Positions 52,779-61,184 of a stretch of 64,000 bases of DNA are shown here, piece after piece. The translations under genes were made by a program, and so were the position numbers. The stretch comes from a virus (Duplodnaviria; Caudoviricetes). The notes beneath the pieces are model-generated. The model saw only the letters and a list, made by a program, of their open reading frames with translations. It searched no databases and was not told the origin of the DNA. Positions within the stretch are counted from its first letter, which is position 1. The number at the start of each line of letters is the position of its first letter. The stretch is taken from the IMG/VR virus record IMGVR_UViG_3300041964_000148; one strand, 5' to 3'.

Positions 52779-54305
52779 ATGAAATACGCTTCATCCATGC
52801 GGTATGCCGGAATGCTGGTAGACGCCCAAGAGGCGGACTATACCAGCTACAAAAAATTAGGGCTACTCTGCCCTATCTGTCATGCCCCTGTTTTCTTAGT
52901 ATCGTCATCTGAACGTGAAAGTCATACCCGTTTAGTGACAAACAAAACTACGGGGATAAAAAAGGAAGTCCAAGTAGCGGCATCTTTTGCTGAGAAGCAC
53001 TTCAGCCACTTCCAGGATGTTAGTGAGGAGCAAGTCAATCAGTGCGAACTACGGATCAGGAACCTCACTCCTGCAGAGGTTCACCGATACTCTCGTGGCG
53101 CTCACAACCAAAGAGAGCGATTCTTCAGATCGCATTTCTGGAGGCTACTGGAAATGAGCTACAAAATGGAGACATGGGAGGAAGACGCCGCTTTTGCTAA
53201 ATCTGGATTCCTCTCCAACTGCCCAGCCAAAGACCCTGACAATTATCGACAACTGAAGTGGGTAAAGTTCAGCGATCGCTTTGTTAGTGCCTTCAAATCC
53301 AAACGAGAATTCATGGTATCAGTCGCCAAGGCTGCGATCGCCGACATATCTTCAATGGACATTGAAGGACTTGAAGAAGTTGGATTCAGACCAGAGGTAA
53401 TTGCCTACCTTAAACAATGGCAACAAGCCATCGATGGCAGGATGCAGCTAGAAATCACCCAGGAAGCAATTGACTTCCTCGGTCACAAGCGCAATCGAGA
53501 CATGGTTGAACACCTGTTTGCAAAGGCGCTAGCCGACTACGCACTTAATGGTCAAGATGAAGTCCTGCCACTCGATTTGATGGCTCCTTGTGCGATCGAC
53601 CAAGAATTCTTGGCGGCGCACATAAGCCACTACACAAAAAACTTCGAGGCAATTCATTCTTGGAACCCCAAGAAACTTGACTCTGCACTTCACTGGATAT
53701 TCGCGTGTGTCGCGACAATTCTTGCCACAACCCCTTGGGCGGATGGTTTTGAGAAACTGGAGGAAAAAGCCGACAGTTTATCCCTCAGAACACACCTGAT
53801 AACCAGCTCCAAAGGAGTGTGGCACTACACCGTCAATACGGGAAATACACATTTCCAGCCATTCAGCAAAGTTACGGGTAGACCTTTTGCTGATGCCCCA
53901 GACTGGATTAGTGGGATCAAAAACGGAGGTTCTGTCACAAGAGCCTTGCCCCAAAAAGACTACAGCTTAAAAATAACCATCGATCCAACCGTCCCTGGTG
54001 CCGCGTTGTTCGACATCGGCAAAGGTAAGGAACCTTCTGCTCCTGGCAACCTGATGATAACTGCCGCTGTAGCCTGGAAACAAGAAGGCGAAGAGGCACT
54101 AATGGAAATGCTGCCAACAATGTACGAATCAATATCTGAAGCTTGTGCATCTGCTGGATTGCCAGCAGCCGAACTAGTCAAACCCAAAAAACTACCTTGG
54201 CTGGCTATTTTCCTAATGCCTAATCCCGCGATAGGCTTGTGTCCTTGGTTAGCAAATGCCGAGTATGCAATAGCACACTTCTTGATCCAACTGGATGCCC
54301 AGTAA
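52779..54305 (+). CDS. Protein with CoiA-like N-terminal Zn finger
   Basis: LLCPICHAPVFL..HFSH..C. Confidence 0.65.
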   Translation: MKYASSMRYAGMLVDAQEADYTSYKKLGLLCPICHAPVFLVSSSERESHTRLVTNKTTGIKKEVQVAASFAEKHFSHFQDVSEEQVNQCELRIRNLTPAEVHRYSRGAHNQRERFFRSHFWRLLEMSYKMETWEEDAAFAKSGFLSNCPAKDPDNYRQLKWVKFSDRFVSAFKSKREFMVSVAKAAIADISSMDIEGLEEVGFRPEVIAYLKQWQQAIDGRMQLEITQEAIDFLGHKRNRDMVEHLFAKALADYALNGQDEVLPLDLMAPCAIDQEFLAAHISHYTKNFEAIHSWNPKKLDSALHWIFACVATILATTPWADGFEKLEEKADSLSLRTHLITSSKGVWHYTVNTGNTHFQPFSKVTGRPFADAPDWISGIKNGGSVTRALPQKDYSLKITIDPTVPGAALFDIGKGKEPSAPGNLMITAAVAWKQEGEEALMEMLPTMYESISEACASAGLPAAELVKPKKLPWLAIFLMPNPAIGLCPWLANAEYAIAHFLIQLDAQ

Positions 54306-54400
54306 TCTAGTATTTATCTTCTTAGTCATGTAGTAATGGCTAAGAAGATAAATGACTAGCCAAAACACAATGCCAACAACAACTAACAGAGCAAAAAACA

Positions 54401-54760
54401 GTGCTAGCAAAACTAAGAATTTCCAGTCGCGTAAGAATTTTCATTCGTGGCATTACTTTTCTACGCTCACTTCGCAGACCTTCCTATGCACATTTAGCAG
54501 AAGGCTTGCAATGGATGGCAATACGGCAAATGCTTTGTTTGACACAACCATCAGATATACCGAGATGGAAGGCATACAATGTCCTCTTGTCTTGCAAGAC
54601 ACCAGATATTGAATCGATATCTTCAGAAGAATTAAAAACACTTTTCCTATTCTCAAAGCACGGGAAAACTGTTTTAGAGAAACAGATTGGAGCTAAAGCC
54701 CAATCAGTATTAATTGCCAGATTGAGTCCCAAAGAAGAAAGTGACCCAACACACAATTAA
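54401..54760 (+). CDS. Hypothetical protein (start uncertain)
   Basis: Best frame between two hairpins. Confidence 0.4.
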   Translation: MLAKLRISSRVRIFIRGITFLRSLRRPSYAHLAEGLQWMAIRQMLCLTQPSDIPRWKAYNVLLSCKTPDIESISSEELKTLFLFSKHGKTVLEKQIGAKAQSVLIARLSPKEESDPTHN

Positions 54761-54844
54761 TAATCATCGTCAATGGTGATTTCTACAGCTAACCCCTCCA
54801 ATCTATTAGTTTGGAGGGGTTTTTGTATGGCAAGAGAGCGGAGA

Positions 54845-55237
54845 TTAAAAGTAAACGATGTTGGCAGGATCTCGAAGTGCGATCGCAACATCATCAGGTA
54901 CACCAAAGGCTCCGGCACTCGCATCAATCCTATTCCAGATGCTTTTGGTTGTAGGATCTACCCTCCCATTAGAGTCTTTAGGGGTGTATAGCGGGAGAAA
55001 TCCTCCCCCATAGGCGATCGGTGTTTTGTCCCGCCACAAGTTTTCTCCGGTAGCGTACTCGTCAATATCTTTGGGTCCCATTGCCCAGCCCACAAGATAG
55101 TAAATTCCCACGTTGGAATACTGCCGTATCCAAAACTTGGTATCCGGCGAAAGTGGGCGATCGTCAATGACTGCTCTGATGCCACCGATACCATCCGGCT
55201 CGTTGCGAAGGCGAGAAAAATATAGGTGGTTAAGCAT
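54845..55237 (-). CDS. Hypothetical protein co-transcribed with the tail lysin, possibly baseplate
   Basis: Starts 6 bp after the lysin stop. Confidence 0.6.
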   Translation of the reverse strand: MLNHLYFSRLRNEPDGIGGIRAVIDDRPLSPDTKFWIRQYSNVGIYYLVGWAMGPKDIDEYATGENLWRDKTPIAYGGGFLPLYTPKDSNGRVDPTTKSIWNRIDASAGAFGVPDDVAIALRDPANIVYF

Positions 55238-55243
55238 TTTATT

Positions 55244-56758
55244 TCAATTAAGGACACGATATAAAAACTCAGTTCCGCCCCCATAGTAGCGGTTCATCGA
55301 ATCCAGGCTACCCCTCCACTTGAATTTAGCTTTACTTGAAGAGTTTGAAAGGACTTCCGAGCAGCCAGATGTCAAACAAACGCCTACATGAGCCTCATTT
55401 GGTGCGAACCAAATGTCCCCCGGCTGTGCCTCAGCTCGACTTACCTTTTTGCCGCGACCTTTTTGGAAAGCCTCAATCATTGAAGGGCAGTATACCCAGT
55501 TACTCCCCACCTTTTTAAGTCCTGCCGGCTCTATTGCGAACAAATTAACTGCCCACGCACACGCCTGATTGCCGCCCTCTGGACCCGCCGAAGTATCTTT
55601 GAATTCTGCGGCAAGGGCGGCTTTTAAAATTCGTTGATTAATATCTCCGGCTGCGGGAGCTGATCCTGCGGCTGGTGTTGTCCCGGCAGCTTGGGCTTGC
55701 TGTCCGGCAGCGATTTGACCTGCATCACCAACTCCAAAGATCTGGGGCTTAGGTGCGTTTGGATCTGGTTTGTACGCAACCAAGTCGGCTTCTAGGGTAC
55801 GACCAAAGTAGAAGGTGACTTCATCTACTGTGTAGCTACCATCCAAATCCTCCCCAAATCCTTTGCCCTCAAATGTCATTTGGGCATCTAATTTAAGGAT
55901 GTCCGGTTGGGAAGATACATCAAGCTCACACCTTAATATGTGCGATCGCTGGTTATCCAAGGCGTGGATACCCAGAGCATAAGATAGGGCATCAAGTGGT
56001 GCGGTGGCACCGGTTCCGTTGAGGGTACGAGTAGCAGCACCGCCTGTATCGACACAACCTAGTCCGTAATTGGAGGGCATGGCGGCGGCTCCAACGGCAT
56101 TGGGGTCTAGTCCAGACTTAAAATAGGCGTCAGCTTTCTCGCAAAACTCAAGTATTTCTCTCGTTCCAGGCTGAGTCGTGCTACCGATGCGTCCAGGATG
56201 ACCGGCATTAATAATACTTCGACAGTTTGCCCAGTCCCCTCTTTCGGCATAGGGGCGGATATCTGCATTGCCCATGCCGCCACACCAATACCAACAAGCA
56301 ATATCAGCAGATAATTCAGTATTTTGAAGAATGAGATCTGGATTGGCAACTAGATCTAGCTTGAAGTGTTTACCGGCTGCCCTGTAGCCATCATCGTTAG
56401 TAAGTTGGATAAAACCCCTACCCCTAAAGGGGTCGTAACGAAAAGGACCTCCTTGCTCTTTTATATTCCTCATATTGCACTCTGCCATCACATTTGACAG
56501 GAACCCAACAACCTGTCTCTTGCTGGTCATTCCAGCCTTCACCATCGATTTAGCAACAATAGGCCAGTTCTTTTCTGCATCTTTACGGTTGACTTTGCTT
56601 CTGTAAATATGCATGATGTCATCCACACTGGGGTACAGCGCGGGAGCGGCTTTAGTTGGCGTCGTTCCACTGGCTGCATCAGGGGTAGCAGGGGTTGTTC
56701 CGGTTGCGGGGGTTGCGGGGGTGGTAGCAGTGGGAGTTAGGGGTTTAGTTTCAGGCAT
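55244..56758 (-). CDS. Tail-associated lysin: GH19 glycosidase, hub-like region and NlpC/P60-CHAP-like peptidase
   Basis: FRGRGFIQLT..Y..LVANPDL..ACWYW..IN; GEDLDGSYTVDEVTF; ACAWAV..QPGDI..HVG. Confidence 0.82.
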   Translation of the reverse strand: MPETKPLTPTATTPATPATGTTPATPDAASGTTPTKAAPALYPSVDDIMHIYRSKVNRKDAEKNWPIVAKSMVKAGMTSKRQVVGFLSNVMAECNMRNIKEQGGPFRYDPFRGRGFIQLTNDDGYRAAGKHFKLDLVANPDLILQNTELSADIACWYWCGGMGNADIRPYAERGDWANCRSIINAGHPGRIGSTTQPGTREILEFCEKADAYFKSGLDPNAVGAAAMPSNYGLGCVDTGGAATRTLNGTGATAPLDALSYALGIHALDNQRSHILRCELDVSSQPDILKLDAQMTFEGKGFGEDLDGSYTVDEVTFYFGRTLEADLVAYKPDPNAPKPQIFGVGDAGQIAAGQQAQAAGTTPAAGSAPAAGDINQRILKAALAAEFKDTSAGPEGGNQACAWAVNLFAIEPAGLKKVGSNWVYCPSMIEAFQKGRGKKVSRAEAQPGDIWFAPNEAHVGVCLTSGCSEVLSNSSSKAKFKWRGSLDSMNRYYGGGTEFLYRVLN

Positions 56759-56983
56759 ATGAACAAAAAAAATGGCGCATTGTTAGTGCGCCCCGGTGTA
56801 GGTTGTTTGTTTTTAGCTGTCAATGAAATTGTGCCATAGTGCTGGAAAAAAATCTAACACCCCCACAAACAGAAACTCCCCAGACTTGTTAAAGTCCAGG
56901 GAGTTTCTGTGTCCACCTTGCAAATTTAAAATTACGCTTTTGCTGTCAATAAAAGTGCGCCATTTCTCTACGGTGTGCTTCTC

Positions 56984-57082
56984 TTAGTTTTTCAAAGTCC
57001 ATTGCTCGAACCCAGGTGGTTTGGGATAAAGGCGTCTCTTTTCGGCATCTAATTTTGATATTTGCCAGCATTCCGCAAACAT
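56984..57082 (-). CDS. 32-aa peptide
   Basis: MFAECWQISKLDAEKRRLYPKPPGFEQWTLKN; upstream GTTACAAT, AAGCAAT and AAGGA/AGGT. Confidence 0.4.
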   Translation of the reverse strand: MFAECWQISKLDAEKRRLYPKPPGFEQWTLKN

Positions 57083-57425
57083 TAAATACCTATTTCTTTC
57101 CTTTTATTGCTTAATCCCATTGTAACTTAATAGTAATGTATATGCAAGTATATTGAGGTAATCTGACACAAAATACAATCTCGCTACACATCCAAAACAA
57201 AAGCCACTGACATAAAGTCAATGGCTTTTCATTTAAGCTAGCTACCTATTACCTATTATCCCCCACTTCGTACTCATCACGGTTCTCCGTGATGAAGTCC
57301 AAAACAAGTTTCGTACTAGCAAAAACACTCATTACAGAACCCATTGTTGCGAAATACACTCAGAAAGGTGGAGTTTCCTCTGCCCAGTGATAGGCAAAAT
57401 AAGAGAAATCTATCTTTGTTGAAAC

Positions 57426-57623
57426 ATGGATCATTGCCCAGAATTCAAAAAAGTAATTTCGTTAGTTGGGAAGATGGCACAGACTCTCAGGTTATATGCC
57501 GATGGGCATGAGGAGCCAGGAGTAGCTCAACGAATGCTAAGAGAATACGATCGCACAATTGAGCAGTTAAGACATCCGCAAGAACATGATCGTGCTAGTC
57601 CAGTAGGACGCGATCGCTGTTAG
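57426..57623 (+). CDS. Small hypothetical protein
   Basis: 65 aa; upstream motif shared with 57640. Confidence 0.55.
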   Translation: MDHCPEFKKVISLVGKMAQTLRLYADGHEEPGVAQRMLREYDRTIEQLRHPQEHDRASPVGRDRC

Positions 57624-57691
57624 GGCTTCCGTATTTTCTCAGTGATAGGCGAGAATAGGGAAAACTATTCGCCTCAAAATGCTCGACCGCT

Positions 57692-58255
57692 AGTACTAAC
57701 GGAAAGAATGGGCATCTAAGTATTACCAATTTAGGTAAAATTCAGATGCGTGGTCAAGCAAGAACTTGGGGGACACCAACAACTTGTACGATTCTTTTTC
57801 GTAACGGGAAGTGGTTTACTTCTATTACGGTTCAGTGTGTTCCAGTACGAAGTACAAGCACGGATTCAGTTGGCATTGATTTAGGTTGCAAAGAGGCAAT
57901 TACCTTATCAACTGGAGAGAAGATAGCCAAACCTGACTTTATCAAAGAAGGTCGGGTCAAGGTAAAGGTTGCGTCCAAAAATCTACGCCGTAAGCGCTCA
58001 CCTAACTGGAAAAAGAAGGTCAAGGCTTCACGCAGATGGAAGAAAGAACGCAACAAAGTTTCTCAATTACAGAGGAAGGTAACTCGCCAGAGAGAGGATT
58101 GGTTGCATAAAACCACTAGCAATATAGTGAGCAGTAATAGCCTAGTTGCTGGGGAAGAGTTGAACGTTAAGGGCATGACCGCCAAAGCCAAGAAGGGTAA
58201 ACGCAAAAAGCAGAAAGCTGGTTTAAATCGTTCTATCCTAGATGTTGGCTTCGGA
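57692..58255 (+). pseudogene. tnpB: Internal fragment of tnpB
   Basis: NGKNGHL..MRGQARTWG, RuvC-I GIDLG, QREDWLHK, RuvC-II EELNVKGM, GLNRSILDVGFG; lacks N-terminus, Zn finger and RuvC-III. Confidence 0.9.
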
Positions 58256-58478
58256 GCAAGCCTACTACCAACAGGAAATAAACGATCTAAAAACTTACAA
58301 TCGACAGTATTCTGAACTAATAGAGAAATTTCAAGAGAAGGCAGCTCAAGCGGAAGATTGTTTTCAAAGGTTGGCGCAAGAAAACACACACCTTCGCGCC
58401 CATTTAGAACAATCTCAGGCAATGTATGCTCAACTTCTGAAGGTCGTCGAAGGTGCGATCACGGCAAAAGAAACTTAA
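58242..58478 (+). CDS. Coiled-coil protein, probably the remainder of the gene hit by the tnpB fragment
   Basis: Gln/Glu-rich heptads; terminator at 58502-58545. Confidence 0.5.
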   Translation: MLASEQAYYQQEINDLKTYNRQYSELIEKFQEKAAQAEDCFQRLAQENTHLRAHLEQSQAMYAQLLKVVEGAITAKET

Positions 58479-58563
58479 CAAAGTCGTCCCAGCTAAACAA
58501 TAAGAAAAGCCGCAAGACAATTGAATTGTCTTGCGGCTTTTCTTGTTACTGTTAATATTTAAC

Positions 58564-60141
58564 TTATCCTACGCTTAAGAAAAGTGGAGTTTCAATCGCT
58601 CTTTTTTGTAGCTCCTTCAACTTCTCAACCCCCTTAACCGTTATCCGAATCCGATGAGTTTTCCTCTTCTTTATATCGTCGCCCTCACCCTCAGCAGGAG
58701 AATACTCTAAAAGCCCTTCTCGAATTGACTCATTAACATTATGGCTAAATGCTGCTTTCCATTTAGGATTAGAGTTGTTGCCTGTATTCTCAATCAATTC
58801 TTTGTCTTGTTCAGTGAACGATAAACTCTTCTCTGCCTCCTCATACAATTCCCGTCGAGTCATAGCTTTAGTACTGAACAGAGCTAAAACTTGAGATAGC
58901 AATCTCTCAACATACCCTTTAGACAGGGAAATGGGATGTGACTGAGTTTTTGATTTCTTCAGACCAGGGAATGAGAGAGACTTGGCGGTTTTAGGTACTT
59001 CCTTGAAAGGAAGTGTTTCCAGCTTGCTGGTTGCTTCTCTGGCTTTTTCTCGACCCAGTACAGTAAGTTGATAAACCACTTCGCAACTACCTAAATTAGA
59101 GGGTTCCTCATAAGCCTCTACCAATCCATCTTCGGTCAATAACTCCAAGCAAAGATTGTATCCAACTATCCAACTCCACACACATATAGAAGTGTCAGGA
59201 GCCTGGAAAATCACTGAAGAACCCGCTACAGACCAGCCCCGCTCATCGAAATGGAAGGTTTCACTACCTTTCCGAGCAATAAAGGTTTCTGATTTTGGCT
59301 CATCAAATTGGAACAGTATGTAGAGTATTTGATCGCGAAATTGCTTGTAATACTCCCCAGCATCGAAGATGTTGATCCTAGCTTGTCGAGCTTTTTTCTT
59401 TCTTAGTTCATTCCATGTTGTCGAGATTTTAAATGCCTCCTCAGCATTCCCTTCCGTAACAGCTTGTTGTAAATTTGCCTGAAGCAATTCGTCTACCTTT
59501 TCTATGGTCAGGCAATCAATAATCGCATCATTCAAGAAAATATTATTACCCATCGGTCTTTCCTCTTTTAAACTAACTTGATCTGCTACTATATATCCTT
59601 CTAATCGCACCTGTGGATGCTCAATAACCTCCCACGTCCCTTTCCCCCCATAAAACTCTACGCACCAGTTGCGAATGGTTGCCGTAAGAGATCGCGCACC
59701 AAACCACCACGAAACAGGAATGCCTGCTTTGAGATAATCATTAGTTCGCGACTGCAATCCATTCTTGCCGCGCACGATGATTGGGGAAAGTTGGCATTCG
59801 TAGGCGGCAAGGATTGTTTCCCCCCTAATCGCCGCCACATCGGCAATGCGCTGCCTCTTCTCCAATCCCTTCTCAAGTTGAATTCGAGCATCCGGGAAAA
59901 GGGACAGGAGTCGCTCACCCAACAATTTCTTTCCCAGTTCATGTTCGGGGGAAACTTGGCTAATAGAAGCTAATTTTGTGTAGCACTGGGAGTTGGGTTT
60001 GTGACAGAAATGATCTACCCACCCAGCCCGCTGCCGAAGGTAAACTTGGCAATGGCAATCCGGGCATTCCCATTGGTCATCATCGCCCGGATTAGAGGCA
60101 GCGATCGGCTCCTTAAATCCTGTAACAATAGCTCGTTGCAT
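58564..60141 (-). CDS. CoiA-like Zn-finger/PD-(D/E)xK nuclease with C-terminal winged-helix (Mrr_N-like) domains
   Basis: CPDC..HFCH, SPEHELGK, IADV..YECQLSPI, RTNDY..VSWW; probable ATG at 60141. Confidence 0.78.
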   Translation of the reverse strand: MQRAIVTGFKEPIAASNPGDDDQWECPDCHCQVYLRQRAGWVDHFCHKPNSQCYTKLASISQVSPEHELGKKLLGERLLSLFPDARIQLEKGLEKRQRIADVAAIRGETILAAYECQLSPIIVRGKNGLQSRTNDYLKAGIPVSWWFGARSLTATIRNWCVEFYGGKGTWEVIEHPQVRLEGYIVADQVSLKEERPMGNNIFLNDAIIDCLTIEKVDELLQANLQQAVTEGNAEEAFKISTTWNELRKKKARQARINIFDAGEYYKQFRDQILYILFQFDEPKSETFIARKGSETFHFDERGWSVAGSSVIFQAPDTSICVWSWIVGYNLCLELLTEDGLVEAYEEPSNLGSCEVVYQLTVLGREKAREATSKLETLPFKEVPKTAKSLSFPGLKKSKTQSHPISLSKGYVERLLSQVLALFSTKAMTRRELYEEAEKSLSFTEQDKELIENTGNNSNPKWKAAFSHNVNESIREGLLEYSPAEGEGDDIKKRKTHRIRITVKGVEKLKELQKRAIETPLFLSVG

Positions 60142-60264
60142 TGCGCTTGTTTTTTTGCGTCCAATTAGATATTCGCACAAATATTAAAAGTGTGATCGTA
60201 TTTTTGTGATTAATTGCCGAACACGGGGAAGCAATTAAACTAGGAATAAATTATATGAGTTAAT

Positions 60265-61116
60265 TTGATGCCTCGTTCCTACCGAGATATCGTAGCCTAC
60301 GGCGATTTTAGTTTGCCGATGCTCACAGAAGGTCTATTTCTCCGAATAGGGAAAGACCATAAAGTAGAAGGAATTTTATTGGGTAGTGCTTCATTGAGGG
60401 CTGCTACAGACTTTGAGGCAGCAGGAACCGTAAAGGCTCACGAGACTTCAACCAATCATCCCTTGGCTACACCCTCAACGCCAGGATTAATGGCTGCCAC
60501 CGACAAAGCTAAACTCAACGGCTTACCCTTATCAGCCGACGTACTCACTAAAACGGGAAACTTGTCCGATGTTTCCGATAAACCTACTGCGAGGTCTAAC
60601 TTGGGACTAGGTAGTGCGGCGATCGCCAACGCAACCGAATTTGAACCGCGTGGTATTACGGCAGCTCACGCAGCAGGTTCTGGTCCCGGTTCACACTTGC
60701 CAAGCGGAGGAATTTCTAACAGCGAAATAGCAGGAAATGCGGCGATCGCAGACTCTAAAATCAACTTTGCGATACCGGCTCGAATTTCCGCAACTTACGC
60801 AACCGGATGGAACACCCCAGCAGGCAATGACGGGGTATCTTTTCGGAAATTTGCCAACAAAATGGTTCAGCTTTCCGGCGTAGCGGCAAAGAGTACTTCT
60901 CCCAACAACAATGATTTGATCTGCACCCTTCCCGCTATCTGTCATCCCGACAGCATAGTTCGCTTCGTAATTTACGGCTCTAGTTCCCTTGGTATGTTGG
61001 TTCCGGCATTTTTAACAGTAGGGACAAATGGCGAAGTAAGACTTCTGCTAGGAGGAACGACACCCGCTCAATTCATAGCAATTCCAAACAACTCCATATT
61101 CTTCGCGGCGCCTTGA
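60265..61116 (+). CDS. Tail fibre-like protein
   Basis: ATPSTPGLMAATDKAKLNG, NLSDVSDKPTARSNLGLGSAA, AAIADSKI, VQLSG..ICTLP..P. Confidence 0.8.
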   Translation: MMPRSYRDIVAYGDFSLPMLTEGLFLRIGKDHKVEGILLGSASLRAATDFEAAGTVKAHETSTNHPLATPSTPGLMAATDKAKLNGLPLSADVLTKTGNLSDVSDKPTARSNLGLGSAAIANATEFEPRGITAAHAAGSGPGSHLPSGGISNSEIAGNAAIADSKINFAIPARISATYATGWNTPAGNDGVSFRKFANKMVQLSGVAAKSTSPNNNDLICTLPAICHPDSIVRFVIYGSSSLGMLVPAFLTVGTNGEVRLLLGGTTPAQFIAIPNNSIFFAAP

Positions 61117-61184
61117 TTCTTCGTCACGGAGAACCGTGATAGACAGTTCGTGCATCGTAACACCTCAAGGTAAAATGCTATGTG

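Noticed and set aside
4602-61140. CRISPR array or MITE explanation for the repeated 16-bp site
   Set aside because: Copies are isolated and kilobases apart, with no spacers, no target duplications and no shared flanks
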